Positions 11,643 to 26,592 of a stretch of 64,000 bases of DNA are shown piece after piece. The stretch spans positions 99,014,001 through 99,078,000 of the forward strand of contig OZ024745.1 in assembly GCA_964016885.1 (NCBI GenBank). The letters are read 5' to 3'. The notes beneath the pieces are model-generated. The model saw only the letters and a program-made list of their open reading frames with translations, did no database searches and was not told where the DNA came from. The stretch comes from Eledone cirrhosa. Lineage: Eukaryota. How positions within the stretch are numbered: position 1 is the stretch's first letter; every line of letters begins with the position of its first letter. Made by a program: the position numbers and the translations under genes.

Positions 11643-12844
11643 ACTGCAGGAGAAGAGAACAAAAACAAATAAACTAAATGCATGACCTTGCACTAGTTAT
11701 TTAAGATAAGTTTATCACTAAACTTTTTCTTAAGTCATTCTGTAGCATTTAAGAGGAAGTAAGTATAACATTGGAGTATTTTATAATTTTAGATACACTG
11801 TAACCACCTCCACCTGGGTAGTTTTTAATCTATTACAACTATTACTCTCATCTTTCTATTTGTTGATGGGTTAGGTTATTTTAAGATAAGTCTGTGTGTA
11901 TAAACAAGTCAGTCACAATGATAAGTCACACATTTAGAGTATTTACTAGTGAAACAGTCTGACAAGGAATGGACATCCAGAAGTAAGCTATAAAGGATTT
12001 CTTTCTTAGTGACAGGGTGTCATATTTTCTTGTTTTTGTGTGTGTGTCTGCATGGGTCTATAAAAAGTAACTTATTTTATCAGAGTGGGGAGGGGTAGGA
12101 GAGGGGGAGGGGAGCATGAGGATGTGAGAAGGGGGAAAGAGGGGAGAGAAAGAACAAAATTTAAATAAAAAAAGAAAGAAAAAAAAGAAATGGTATGATT
12201 TTAAATTCCATAGTGCAAGACAAGGAGACAGTGACTATATTCTCTAGACTTCTTCCAAGATTGGTGAGGCTAATACAGTTGATGTTTAATTTAAAGCTCT
12301 GTAAACTGTTGCATATAAGGAAAATGTAGGGTAGAGGGGTGTTCCAGTGGTTTGTAGTTCTGAGGGAAAAGAACTGGGTATGGAGTGTTTAGTATGTATG
12401 TGTAACAGAAATAGGATATAAAATGGAAAAGATGGGCTTAGAAATACCGAATATTTAAACACACTTAACAAGATTGGATAGTATGGCAAATTTAAACATT
12501 TTACATTTAAATATTGGAGCCGGTAACTTCAATAAGCAAGGGAAGAGTAAGCTTCCATGGAGCTTCTGGCTGAAAATTTCATAGGAGCCCTTTCATATTT
12601 ATAGTAGCAAAAATATTAATTTGGTACCCTTTAAATATTGTGGGGCTCCTGGCTACAGTCCAGTCAGGCCCCTAATATGTTATTGTCAGTAAGATGAGCT
12701 TCTAATGACAACTATTCAAACATGAAATAGTAGGCATGTAATAAAATAATAATCAAGCATTTTTTTAGTCCCGATATATATCTCTGTCTATCATACAGTG
12801 TTGGGAACAAACTAGAAAATGAAACATTCCTCTGTAATTACTTT

Positions 12845-13708
12845 ATCATCATTATTCCACATCTGCCTTGCATACTGGTAAAGGTTGGACAAACCAGCGA
12901 GGCCTCATCTTGCTCCATATGTAGCATGGTTTCTATGGCTGTATGCCCTTCTTAGTGCCAACCACCTTACAGGGTGCAATGTGTGCATTTTATCATGACA
13001 CCAACACTTCCACTTTACAGAGAGTATTGAAGACATGTTATCATGGCACCAGCACTACCACTTTATAGAGAGTACTAGGAACATTTTATTGTGGCACCAG
13101 CACTAGGGAGGTTGCCATATGCATGGCTTGATTGAAGAGTGCTCTCAACCCTGCATTGTCTCTAATTGTCAACCACATGTACTAAATGTATTCTATTATG
13201 GCATCAACATTGTGTAAGCGCCCTCTCTACTTCATGTAGTCTCCAATTTCTCATCATATTCACTTTTAATATCACAGTGCTTTGTACCTGTGGGTGGGTC
13301 TTTTGTAGTGGCAAATTGCTAGTCAACTCAGTTCTGCATCATCTTCCTTGGTCTCCCTCTGCCACATCTACCACCCACCATGAGCACTTGGCACATCTTT
13401 ATACACCTCTCACTCTCCTTACACATCACATGTCCATAATGCACAATCATCTTTCTTGCACACTACATTCAATTCCTCTTATACCCAGCTTTTCACTCAA
13501 TTCACTAGTGCTCTGTTGTTTATATATGTTAACATTACACATCCAGCAGACCATGCATGCCTCATTCCTTTTATGCTGCTGCAAATCTTCTTAGTTCCAT
13601 GTACCATAGCAGTTTGCATACAAGCATCGTATAATACATCCTTCACTTGGAGGAAGAGACTCTTTGTTGCTATTAAAAGTAACAGCTCCTTGAACTTCTA
13701 CCACTGTT
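12845..13708 (-). mobile_element. Decayed RTE LINE 3' portion
   Basis: The minus strand encodes decayed KFKELL..LYDAC..LW.HV motifs, followed by the shared RTE 3' UTR with repeated subunits of about 40 bp. Confidence 0.75.
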
Positions 13709-14131
13709 ATATAAGTAGGAACATTATTATTTAGCGTACATTTTTCCTGCTAGCCCAGAGAGATAAAAGCGAAGGTTGATTCTAGCTGAATTTGAACACA
13801 AAAATATAAACTAGAAACCACAGAACATTTAGTCTGGTGTTCTACTAACTTTGCACTTGTTATATGAATAACAATAATTTATTTTGATGAAGATAATCAA
13901 GTGTATTGGAAATGTCAACATCTTATCTGTTTAGACAAAGAAATCATTTGAAATATGACCATTCCATAAATAGTCTAAATGCTCATGAACCATAACTGAT
14001 CAAAATGAAAGTGAGAAAACGAGACCCTGTATTACTCATCTAAACAGAACACACCCAAAATTTTTGGGAAAAGAATATATTAAATTATACAACACAAATA
14101 TTTACTTTATGATTCCATGGTAAAATTCTTG

Positions 14132-14232
14132 CAGGTAAAGGTATATAGCCTATTGGTTAGGGTGTTGGACTCACAATCATAAGGTTGTGGATTTAATTCC
14201 TAAACTGAGTGGCATTTCACATTGTTCAGCAT
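14132..14232 (+). mobile_element. Degenerate CORE-like SINE head
   Basis: TAGCCTATTGGTTAGGGTGTTGGACTCACAATCATAAGGTTGTGGATTTAATTCC resembles the SINE tRNA head. Confidence 0.5.
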
Positions 14233-15586
14233 GATAAGATTGCAGCCCCTATCATTAAAGCACCCAAGAACCCTATGCTGTAAATGTCATTTCCTTTTCA
14301 TTTCAAATTTTTGTTGGTGGAGTGAAATGTTTCCAAAAATCACATCATGGAGATTAGGAGAAATAGCAAGTAGCTTTTGACATAGTTTTTAGTAAAACAA
14401 CTTCAAAACCAAATAGATTTTACTGAGATAACTGCCTTGTTTAATTCTTTCTCCTACTTTCATACAGATAGATGCAACAGCTAAGCATTTTATTTTGCAG
14501 ACTTTAGTAGAACCTGTTTTTACAGAAATTTTACAAACAGTCTTGAAATAATGTGTTACCTTAAAAAAAAAACAAAAAAAAAAACATCATGGATATAAAA
14601 TAAGAATGAAGTAAATAAAATAAAGCTAAAATAAAAGCAAACTATGAAACATGCCTAGATTGAGAGGAAAATCAAACAGAGAAAGTATTGAGTTTTGGTG
14701 CTCTATATGTGTGATATAAATCTGAGTTTGGTAAAAGCCAGAAAATTTTAACTGAAATAGTGTTTAAGCATGTATGTGCATGTGTGTGTGAGAGCAAATG
14801 TGAGTGTGCTTCTAAATGCAATCAGATGCTTTGTTTTTTCCATATAATAGTCAAATAAGAAGAAGCATTGCCTATAATTTTTGCAATCCTTCCTAGATTA
14901 GTGAGATTGATGTATTTGGTTAGATTGGTGACAGATATATTTGGTTAGAAAATATGAAGGTTAGTATGCATATAAAAATAATGGGTGAAAAGAGAATTCC
15001 ATAAACTGAAGTATTTAGTTTAAAATAGGAGGGCAGGGTCACAATAATAACAGAAAGAAGAGAAATGAGTATTTCAGATGGAGATCTTGTAGTAGTAAGG
15101 GGGGAAAACACTGAACTGTCAGTGCTGCAGGCAGTCCGCTTTGTTGTGGGTAGATTATTTGGGGATTTGGGGAACAGTGAGCTTTAGATGTGTGAGGGAT
15201 GAGAAGTGAGACACCTAGAGATATTTGATCATCCCCTTTAGCTGCCTCAAATGGGTCCAGGGTAGAAATAAAATAGTCAGTTTGAAAACTCTTGGAAAAT
15301 ACATGCAGGCATGTAGACATGTGCAAGTGCAAATGTGTGTGTTTATATGAATGCATGCAGATGTGTGTTTGTATGAATATGTACAGATTTGTACAAATGT
15401 GCATGCAGATGTGTGTATACAAATGCATGTAGATGTGTCTGTGTATATGATGTGTGTGTGTGTTTGAATACATACAAATGTGCAATGTAATAAAACTAAT
15501 ATTCTGTGAGAAGCAATTTGAAATACATCTGCCAATGCAAATTATAGATAATGGCAAAAAAAAAAAAAAAATACATATACATATAT

Positions 15587-15640
<54 letters not shown>

Positions 15641-15716
15641 GAACAAGACACAGTCACCTGACCCAACTCTCCTCAAATAAGACAACCCACTTGTGTGGAA
15701 AGAGGACAAGTGATGA

Positions 15717-15757
<41 letters not shown>

Positions 15758-16109
15758 GACATATATTTACAATGATCTGTCTACAAGTAAAACTACTATA
15801 AACACATGACAACCTCCCCTGTGCACTCAGTAGAACATGAGACCATACATAAGCCAGACGACAGATCCTTGGCTTGTCTGGGAGATCAGTAGCCACTGCT
15901 TCAGTACTGACTTAGTCGATGTAGATCTGTCCAATCCTTGACAGCGGGGAAAGTGGACGTTAAAATGACGATGATGATGATTATTTGAATTAATAAACCT
16001 GTTTTTAGATATTTTCTGTTAAACCATTACAGGATATTAGGAATTAATATATTTAATTTTGTGTTTTAATTGAGAAGTGTCAATTGTTGAATATATATAT
16101 ATATTGGTT

Positions 16110-16347
16110 CCCTTATAAAATGCACCCAGCACATACTGTAAAATAGCAATGCTGGTGCAACAAAGCACCTAGGCCACCATCAGATAATAGTGATGTTACC
16201 ATGGGAAAACAAACCCAATACATGTCATTAAGTAGCTGGCATTAGGAAGGGTATACAACTGTAGAAACCATTGAAGACGCAGAGTAGGACAACATGTCTA
16301 ACCTGTGCAAGCATAGAAAATAAACATAAAACGGTGATAATGATGAT
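16110..16347 (+). mobile_element. RTE-type 3' end fragment
   Basis: GCACCCAGCACATACTGTAAA, GGCATTAGGAAGGGTATACAACTGTAGAAACC and a GAT tail. Confidence 0.6.
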
Positions 16348-16880
16348 ATATACATACGTATGAGTGTGTGTATATGTCATGGTTTAAGCAAATGGGATGT
16401 GTGTTTGAGAGACAGTAGCCTCACACAAGGATACCACCTCTTTCAAAACAAAATTAACAGATTCAAAAGAAGTCTAGACCATTTTTAAGTCATCATTATC
16501 AAGTATTATTTTTAAAATGTTAGTCATCATTCAAGAGCTGGTGGCACTGTAAAGTAAGCATGCTTGTACAATAATAAAATGCGGTCTTCCCAGCCTGTAT
16601 TGTTTCGGACCATAACAACCCATTCTCATAGAAAGCAGATGTAAAATGATGATATACTCATGTGGCTAGTAGCATATGAATCTTTGAAACAGATATATAT
16701 ATATATGTGTGTGTGTAATTGGTTTAGAATAGGTATGCCGTATCCCTGTGTGTTCTAAGAAGTGGCTAAAAGGGTTTGTGTCAGGAAGGGCATCTGACAA
16801 TAAAACATTGCCTCAAAAATCCCATTGAACCCATGCCGGCATATAAACAATGATAGTGATGATTATTATGATGTTATAAT

Positions 16881-17278
16881 GTATGATAGAATAAACCTAT
16901 AGATGTCAGACAACCAACACTACACTGAGCATTCATACATGCCTTTTTATACAAATTCACCATGAATAGAAAAAAATGGATCAGATTGTCAACTTTCAAT
17001 CTTATTTAACTCTGTATGATAGAATAAACCTATAGATGTCAGACAACCAACACTACACTGAGCATTCATACATGCCTTTTTATACAAATTCACCATGAAT
17101 AGAAAAAAATGGATCAGATTGTCAACTTTCAATCTTATTTAACTCTGTATGATAGAATAAACCTATAGATGTCAGACAACCAACACTACACTGAGCATTC
17201 ATACATGTCTTTTTATACAAATCCACCATAGATAGAAAAAAAATGGATCAGATGGGCAAGTTTCAATCTTTTTTAACC
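16881..17278. repeat. Tandem repeat, 3 x 133 bp
   Basis: GTATGATAGAATAAACCTATAGATGTCAGAC starts at 16881, 17014 and 17147. The first two copies are identical by eye and the third is diverged. Confidence 0.95.
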
Positions 17279-17313
17279 TTTTTATTATATTTCTAATGAG
17301 AAATATACTGTAT

Positions 17314-17668
17314 AATTGAATGCATTACTGGTACTTTATTTTATCGACGCCGTAAGGATGAAAGGCAAAGTTAACCAATAATAATTGTTTCTACTTTTGG
17401 CACAAGGCCAGCAATTACCCCTAGTGCATTACTGGTGCTTTATTTTATCAACTCCGTAAGGATGAAAGGTAAAGTTAACCTTGGCGGGATTTGAACTCAG
17501 ACCGTAAATGGCCGTAACTCTATGCCGCTAGGCATGTTGTCTAACGCTCTACCGATTCTGCCAATCCACCTCCCTTGCAATTTAGAAACAAGGTCGGCTT
17601 AAATTGATCCTAAGTACTTGACTGGTACTTTATTTTATTGACCCCAGAAGGATGTAAGGCAAAGTTAC
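17314..17668 (-). mobile_element. Cluster of Deu/Nin-like SINEs: one full copy at about 17378-17570 and two partial copies
   Basis: CTGGTACTTTATTTTAT...GGATGAAAGGCAAAGTTA-like motif occurs three times. The full copy has B and A boxes. Confidence 0.85.
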
Positions 17669-18154
17669 ATAGTTGTAGTAGTAGTGATGATGATGATGAT
17701 GATGATTTTCTACATAGACACTAGGCCAGAAATGTTGGCATGGTTATATTAGCAACTTTTTGTTTAGGAAATAACCAACAGAAAATTGTCAGTTGAAATG
17801 AGTCACTTGGTATTTGTTACAAGAGCAAACTGCTTCTCATATGATTATTACTTGATAAAAGGACTCTTTCAAGAGTTAGGAGTGTAGGATTGAGTGTGAG
17901 TGAATGAGTGAGGATGTGTGTGTGTGTGTGTGCATGCAGAATAATAAACAAGTCTAATAGTGAAAAAAAAGTCAGTATTCAATACTATTCAACACCATAT
18001 ACAATAGGGATTTTGTTCTCTTTTCTCTCACCACCACCAACTTTCAGAAATTAAAAATTTATATATAGTTTTCCAGTATTTCCCAATTACATTTTCACTT
18101 GGTAGTGAATGATACGATTAACCAAGGGAACAAACAAAAGTAGTTCTGCTTTAA

Positions 18155-18547
18155 ACCTTTCGTGACCGTATTTCTTATGATATACATTCTACTTCAATTA
18201 ATTGATGAAAATTTTAAAGGGATTTACTTAAAATGATTAATTATTTAATGACTATAATATACTAATTTAACATATGGTTCTTATATAAAATTATGTTAGA
18301 CGATTTTAATTTAAATTAGAACCCTTTAACTTTTTCTCATTACCACATTTCTTATAAAATACATTCTATTTCAATTAATTGATGAACAATTTTAAGGGTT
18401 TAAAAATATTAATTATTTAATTACTAAGATACTAACTTAACATATGGTTCTTATATAAATTATATTGAAAAATTTAAATTTAAATAGAAGCCCTGGATTT
18501 GTTTCATAGAATCAGGGGTGGTTTTGGGTAGGTTGTTATCAAAAGGG
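18155..18547. mobile_element. piggyBac-like MITE (family B) with an internal tandem duplication of about 170 bp
   Basis: TTAA-ACCTTTCGTGACC ... TATCAAAAGGG-TTAA. TACATTCTA.TTCAATTAATTGATGAA and TAACATATGGTTCTTATATAAA each occur twice. Confidence 0.7.
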
Positions 18548-18974
18548 TTAACTTAGTGAAAGAAAAATAGGATAAAATAATATTTCAAATGTAAACAATA
18601 TAAAATAAAAAAAAAATAAAAAAATGAAAATTGATAGCCAAAAGTTTTACAATTTATTATTATATCAAGAGTCAAAACAACTATCTTATCTATTTTCCTG
18701 GAGCTATGAAAAATTTACGATCTCTCTCTCTCTCTCTCTTATCTTTTTTTCTCTCTCTAGTAGTAGTTTACAGTACTATTAATTCTGAGTGAGGCAATTC
18801 TGCAAGCTAGTTTTGCATCTCAGATAACTATTCCACTGTTACTGTTAATTAGTGTAAAAAAAAAGGCATCAAAGCATTGATCTCTTACTTTATCTTCACT
18901 GTGATTACATACACAAATCCTACATAGACTAAATAATCAGAAATAATATTCCTATACATTCAAACATAAAGCAG

Positions 18975-19122
18975 AAAATTGGCAGAGTTGTTAGAATGTC
19001 AGATAGAATGCCTTACAATATTTCTTCTGGCCCTGAACTCCGTGTTAAAATCCTGCTAGTCAACTTTGCCTTTCACCATTTCAAGGTAAAAAAAAATAAA
19101 ATACCAGTCCAGTTCTGGAGTC
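18975..19122 (+). mobile_element. Degenerate Deu/Nin-like SINE
   Basis: TTGGCAGAGTTGTTAGAATGTCAG...CAACTTTGCCTTTCACC...AAATACCAG. Confidence 0.6.
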
Positions 19123-19282
19123 GTTTCTTCTGTTTACATCTCTTTCATAATTTGTCTCTTTCTCTCCTTCTCTAGAAGACTGTGTTCAGACTTGAGAGAG
19201 ATGGGCTCTGCCAGGATTAAAATGTACAAGTATATCACTATTGCACTTCTATGAATGCATACATTCAAAATTCAAACACATG

Positions 19283-19592
19283 TGCTGGTACGGGCATGTC
19301 GAGTGCTTCACACGAGACGCATGCACTAGTTTGGCCATGTCGAGTGCTTCACACGAGACGCATGCACTAGTTTGGCCATGTCGAGCACAGTGTGGGCTGG
19401 ATCAGTAAAGTGATGAATGTCGATCCAGGAGGCAGTAGAGGCCCAGGAAGACCAAAAAGATTTGGATGGAGGATGTCCGTTGGGATCAAAGCTAGGCTTG
19501 TCCTGGCCCAAGTGAGACCAGCAGACAGAAACACATGGAGCAGAACACTAAGGAGTGCTGTCAGGCAGAACCCATCCCTACTTAGGGATTAA
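19283..19592 (+). mobile_element. RTE LINE C-terminal fragment with a 41-bp tandem duplication at its 5' junction
   Basis: Encodes FGHVE..GSRGPGRPK..DRNTWSR. CATGTCGAGTGCTTCACACGAGACGCATGCACTAGTTTGGC is repeated. Confidence 0.75.
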
Positions 19593-20100
19593 TTGTGTCC
19601 TGCATAATCAAAAACTGGATGATGCTGCTATGATCATACCTTAACAACAATAAGCACATACTGCGAAACAAGAAACAAACATATACTAGTGTGAAAAAAA
19701 CAGGTATAAATATGATGATGATGATATATATATATATATATATATACACACGCCACATATAAATACGATGATGATGATATACATATATACACACCACACA
19801 CAATGCTAAAATGGCAGATGAACTGCATCATATCTTTAATATCAACATCAAGTTAAATATACTATATATCAATAATAACATTTTTTTATATATTTTGGTT
19901 ATGGATTTAGTTTGGTTTGTATGAATTTTATTTGTTTCAGGTTTTAGATGGTGGTCATGCTGGGGTACACCCTTGATTTAGTTAATCATATCATAGATGA
20001 TTTTAAAACTTTTTTGTTAAACTGCTAAGTTACAGAATGTAAACACAGACACTAACATAAACACACACACATACACATATACAAGCTTTTGTAGTATCCA

Positions 20101-20492
20101 AAGGCGATGACACACAACCGTGACTTCTGGCGTCACACAGTAATACAGAAGACCAGACCCCCCACCCCCCACTGGGTACAAGCCGAAGCCGTAGCATATA
20201 GGCAATATGCCCTCACACCCTCCCACTGCAGAGTGGTCGTGGAGGCGCCACGGCAAAAAAGCACCCAGCCCACACTGTAAAGTGGAGGTGTAGGCACTAC
20301 GGAAAAAAGCACCCAGCACTCACTGTAAATGAGGTTGGTGTTAGGAAGGGCATCCAGCTGTAGAAATCAAGCCAGAAACAGTTCCCGTATGAGCAAGGCA
20401 TGGTCAGCCGACCGGACACTGTCCACAACAGGACAACCCATCTAACTCATGCTAGCGTGGAAGAACGGACGTAAAACGGTGATGATGATGAT
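20101..20492 (+). mobile_element. RTE LINE 3' end with (GAT)n tail
   Basis: Close reverse-complement match to 50717-51085, which joins directly to RTE coding sequence. Confidence 0.85.
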
Positions 20493-20628
20493 TTACCAAA
20501 TTCCACTCATAACGCATCAGTCAATCTGAAGCTACAGCAGAAGGTACTTGCCCAAGGTGCCAAGCAGCAGGATTGAACCTAGAACCACATGGTTGCAAAG
20601 CAAACTCCTTAACCACACAACCTTGCCT
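20493..20628 (-). mobile_element. Second tRNA-headed CORE-like SINE family, partial
   Basis: The minus strand has GGTTGTGTGGTTAAG (A box), GGTTCAATCC (B box) and CACCTTGGGCAAGT (CORE-like). Confidence 0.65.
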
Positions 20629-23600
20629 ATATTGTCCTAGTCTAAATTTTGATATACATAAATGGGTATAACTTCAGCTTTTACTAACTTTGTTTAAAAA
20701 AACAAGCATTATCACCTTGAAGCTAAAACGAGTTAGGGGACAAGAAAGTTAAATCAAAAGAAAAATAACTGAATAAGAAGAATGTTTATATAATAGTCAT
20801 TATATCAAGTCATGTATAATAAAACTTATAAATATACAATCATTTTAGAAACTTGACTTACAAAAAAAAAAAAAAAAGGCTTATTAAAACTCAAAGGTCA
20901 ATGCACAGAATATCTCAGCAATCATACAACAATGCAAAATATAAAGAGCATCCTCACTATGACATGGTAAGAGAAAGAATTGAAAGCAATCTGTTTCTTG
21001 GCAATCAATACTCTAACCTTGAGCCTACATCACATCCACAATAAGCAGATCAATTTTTTTCTTCTTTGTAGCTAGGATTATGAAAAGAGAAGACATAAAA
21101 TAGAAAAAATAAATATCTGTGCGCAACCAATATGTTTTCCTGTGTAAATAGAAGCACCCATATCAAACTAAGAGCAGCCAGCAGAAAATTGTCCAAGAAC
21201 TCATTTTACTAAAATAGTGGCAGTAGGAATTAACTATAATTGCAAATGTAAATGAAGATATAAAGTCTATACTAATACTTAAAGGGAAATTTAATAAAGA
21301 TATCTTCTTTAATTCACTAGAATAGACAAACTAGAAGGATATTTTCAAACAGTTTTCTATTACTGAGTTTAGATTTACCATTGATTATATTTACATACTA
21401 TTTATTTCAGAAAATTGTATGTGTGTGTATAAGCACCCAGTAGCATGCATATACATATATACATACATGGCCACACATGCGTCTCAAACTATCAATGTGT
21501 GTACTTCCAGCTATAAAGATTCTGGTACCAAATCTTTAGGTTTGAATAAGCAATCTTATTTACAAATGACAAACCTATCATCAACATCATGTTTGTGGCT
21601 CTGCAAGTTGTTACAGTCTGAGTCAATTTTTGGCATGGTTATTTTACAGCTGGATGCCCTTACTAATACAGACCCAATTGCAGAGTATACTGGGTATATT
21701 CTATTTTTGCCCCAACATTAAAGAGATTATCTCCTCAGTAAAACTAAAGGGCCTTCTCAATCTTATGTTATCTCTGTTCAATCATTACTAGCTTTACTGA
21801 GAGAGGGAGGGAGTACTGTGAATAATAGAGACAGACAGTAATGGCAGCTAATGTTGTGAAAGAAAGAGTAATGGATAGTTACAGATGAGTACAGTGAATA
21901 GAATCAGTACTGACTTAGTCTAAGAACACTTCTAACCCTTCTTAGTAGGGAAAACAACCACTAAATTATATATTATATAAGCAATTTAACCAAGCCAAAA
22001 TCAGTTCTGTAAGTGCAAGACATGGTCACTTCACCTAGCATTGCCCACAACAGGACAACCCGTCTTGTGTGTGTTTGTGTATATCAGAGTTTCCAAAACT
22101 TTTTGTTGTTTTTGTTTACTTTCTGTATTTAGATATTCTAAATAAATTAAAAAAATTATGTTATGCAATATTTAAATACCTTTTTAACATTTTTTATTTT
22201 AGGAAAATGGGCATTACGATAGATGCCAATATGGGCCTTACGAATAGATTTGAGCACAGTACAGACCATGAGGCTACTAGTGTGTGTATGTATGAATATA
22301 TATATATATACATAATCATCATTGTCGTTTTAACGTCCGCACTCCCTATACATACATCTATACACCCAGATGTATATTATGTAAATATACATGTTTAACA
22401 TTAAATTAAATAGTAATAGTGTTGTATACTTTTATAAATGTTTAGACTATATTATATAATTTCCTTTACATTTCATTTTATGAGCTAGTATGATATATGA
22501 CTCCTTCTACATTACTATGGTTTCTTGCTGATATTTTACAGCTGGACAGTTTTCCTAATTCCACTCACTCAAATAAATGAATTGATTGATGTAAATAGAA
22601 CAGTGTGCGTCTCTAGTATAGTAGTATATTACATAACAAGTGTTAGAGTTGTCTGAGCATGGAGGTTAGGTCAGAAACGTAGACACTTAATAATCCAGCA
22701 TTCATGTCTCTGTAAGCTCCATACCTCAATGTTTGTATTAAAACAAAGAAAGACATCTAAAGACAAATCAATAATATATTCTGAACAATGAGATAGTTGA
22801 GTATTGTATAAAAATCAAATAACAATAATAATGATTTCTATCACAGGCACAAAGCCATACATCTGGAGAAAAGCCTTGTACTGATTCTTATTTTATAGGC
22901 ACAGTAGGGGCAAGACACAAAGTTGGCTCCATCAGGATTTGAACTTAGAAGATAGTGACGTAACACAATAATACCCAGCAATACTGATTTTTCAATAAAT
23001 ATGATAAGGCACCAAGCCATAAATTTGTAAGAATGATGTATTTCAGTTTTCCCAACTAAGAACCTCTTTTATTCAAATGAATTTTCTCACAAATTCTATC
23101 CAAAATCTATACTGTAAATGGCACTTAAAACATTTTAAATATGAAAATATTAAAACTTCATAAATATATTCTCCCCTAATGAGAATTTCAAAACCACACC
23201 ATCTAAAAATTGATCAATCCATTGATTACCTGCCTCAGCTTATAAATGGGGTCTGGATTTTTTCCGCTTTCATAGGCATACAATTGGGATCAGCTTATAT
23301 TCAAGTATATATGGTAAATACTGCAAAGTATTTTGTCTGATTTCCTAATGATTCTACCAACCCATGGACCTCAAAATGTTTCTGTAATAATAACTAATGT
23401 GACTCATGGAAATTCTATATCATAGTAATTTTTATTCAATGTATAAATTTCTACAGTTTCAAAGATTTTGGTTATGCCTTTGATTTCATTCATAATTATA
23501 GTTGTTTACCTCAAAACCATGACAGATACTATTATAGGTAATAGTAACATTACTTGTTTGTAAGTCTATTATAAAAATCTAATAGTAATAAAATCCCTTC

Positions 23601-24008
23601 ACACATGATAATCAATGTTATATATTTGCAGACCATCAGCTATACTATATCACTCTGTACACAGACTATAAACCTATCAGTCAGACTATGTCATACATAT
23701 ATTTAGATAGAAATGCAGTAGTATTGTTATTATTACAAGTGAAACTACTACTATTAGAATAACCACAGTTACTAATCAGTCCCTTGATTGAATACCAACA
23801 CCTGTCCCATGCATGACAATAGCAGAGTCAACTGTTGTAAACATTTGGATTCAGTCACTTGTCTATGGATAACGTGATACCTTGATAAGCTGCTTCCTAC
23901 AGTAGCAACTTATGAGTTGTTTCTTCTATTCTTTCCTACAACTGTCTCACAGACTCTGCATAGAGTCATGGAAACAGCTCTTTCTCATGACCAAGCCACA
24001 CACCTACC

Positions 24009-24011
<3 letters not shown>

Positions 24012-24080
<69 letters not shown>
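24012..24080. repeat. (CA)n microsatellite
   Basis: Direct reading. Confidence 0.97.
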
Positions 24081-24082
<2 letters not shown>

Positions 24083-25903
24083 TACACAAGAAAAAAGAAA
24101 AAGTGAACAGCGCAAAAATTCCAGTACTGGCTTCAAAGAACATTTGAGGATAAAGGTTTACTAATAATAGTAAGAAACTAATCTCTTATCTAACAACAAC
24201 TGTGTAAACAACATTACAAGGGAAACTGAAATAATTGTAGAGACAGTAAAAAAGCAATCAAACACAATGTACACTGGAAACTCTACCAACACTACAAAAT
24301 TGGAATAGAACATTTCATAAAAAGCTACACATTATAGCAATTGAGAAATGACATTTGAAATATAAAACATGCTTTGTACATACTAACTGGTCAAATATCA
24401 TTAAAGATCACAGAGAAAGAAGGTACTAATGTTTGAATGACTAATTAAACCCAGCAGTTAGATATATCTTCTTGGTGGTATAAAGGCTTAGGTAGGAATA
24501 TTTAGAAGATGAGGATCTAAACAGCCCAACAATCTCAATCATAGTAGAAACAGTAAAACTGGTTATTTTCACAAAGAAAGGTCAACATTTCAGTATTATC
24601 CCATCTATATTATAACAGAAAAATAGTTTTGTTAAACCCTGTTCAACAACAAAACAGTCAAAAACATATGCAATTTGGAGAAAACTATGGAGATGTGACA
24701 TCAACAGAAACAATAGCTCACTAAAAATTATAAGGATTCTGCTGTAATATAATTGTGAAAATTATTCTAAATACAAACAATAATATTAAATTAAGTAGAA
24801 AAATGTACAAATAAAGTTCTCATCTATTGATTCTCAACTTGAATTTACTTGTTAATATCATTACAGTAAACAAGTGACTAACTGGTGGATAGGAAAAATT
24901 CAAAGCTACCTTGGGGCACAAACATGACAAACTACTTCTTTTAAAGTGTCTGTATTTATCAAAAAAACCTTCCATTATAATTTTATATAAGAATATTTTT
25001 TCAAGACATCAGATTAATAATGAAAATTATTTGAAAATCATAGACAGTGATTTTCATTGGAAATATGGCAACAAAAGAGTTAAAAGGATCAAACTGTTAA
25101 TATTCTTGATATTCTGGTGTATAATCTAGTTAATATGATGGAAACAGTGTGATGAAACAACTGAGAAAATGCAGAAATGATATCATTCCTGAGGATGGGT
25201 GGTTTGTTTGTATATTATACTTTGCGCGCCAGTTTTATGAAACTAGTCACTGAGTAAATAGGTATTAATTAATGGAATAGAGACAGCCTGTTGATATTTC
25301 AGCCATCATAATACTACTAACTGGATAAGCCATGAGAAATGACATCTTATAGTGGGTGGTGTGTTGAAGTAAGAGGTAATCTTTAGGAGTGTTATATGCA
25401 GTGTAGGCAAATGACAAAGAAACAAAAGAATGTTATGAGAATTGAGAATCTAAGTTTATTTATTTGTTTTATATACTCTAAGCTTTTGTAATCATGGATT
25501 GAAACAAAAACAAAACATTTATAGTTTCATTTGTAGCCTTTTAGCTATAAACTAGTTTCATCTACTTTCTCCTCTTACGACTCACATGAACAATTCATCT
25601 AACAGAAGCTTGCTAATGATTCATAGATCAATCTTGACAATCCCTTTATAGAAAATTGTACACACTGCTATGACAAAAGATTCTGAATAATGAACTCAAC
25701 TACCACATCATATTGTACTCCAAAATCACATTTTGGGAAACAATGAAAATGTCATAAAAATGTCTGATATTCAACAAAAAAAGACAAAATTAGTAATTTT
25801 TTTTTTAACTCTTAATTTATCAAATGTACTTAATTGTTTTTTTTTAAATAGTGAAGAGAAAACATTAGTAATAGCAACTATCCAATAAAAAAAAAACAAC
25901 AGT

Positions 25904-26592
25904 TTCTTCTTCTTCGTCCACTTATTCCTGAGAGAGAGCCATGGGAGCAGAGTCCTAAAACACTCCTTCCAGCGAGTCTTGTCAGAAGCAACCCTCTTCA
26001 ACTGATCCAGCTAGATCCCCAAGCGAAACAAGCCAAGCTCATTGGTTTTGCATGTAAAATCTGTCCAGCAATTCTTTCCTGAGACATTCTAACCACATGC
26101 CCATAATATCGGAGCCGTGATCTCTCAATTCGGAGGGGTAGCAGCTCTACCTGGAGTGACTCACTGATATCCAAGCTACGCACTCTATCAAGTAACGTTA
26201 CTCCAAAAACCCTTCGGAGGAACCTCATTTCAGCTGCTTGTATTCACAATCGTATTCTTTTGGTCATTACCCAATATTCATGACCATAGGTAAGGGTTGG
26301 CATGAAAAGCAAATGGAAGATATCGAGTTTGGCTTTTAGACCTACCGCCCTTTTGGTTACTAAATGCTGATCTGGTGCACTACAGCACCAGCTCCTGCAA
26401 TTCTTGTACTTAATTCAGCCTCGTGCCTTCCATCACTCATGAACATGGCCCCGAGATACTTGAACTTCTCTACCTGCTTCAGTGGAACTCCATTTACATG
26501 TAGAGTGCACTGCACAGGCTTCCTTGAGAAGATGAGTGTCTCAGTTTTCACAGCCCTTGATTTTCATTCTAGACATGCAGCACTCGGCATCA
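25904..26592 (-). mobile_element. RTE LINE fragment, second family with (AAG)n tail
   Basis: Minus ORFs KTETL..VEKFKYLG and MRFLRRVFGVTLLDRVRS..RLRYYGHVVRM. The tail appears as TTCTTCTTCTT on +. A paralog is at 58846. Confidence 0.9.
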
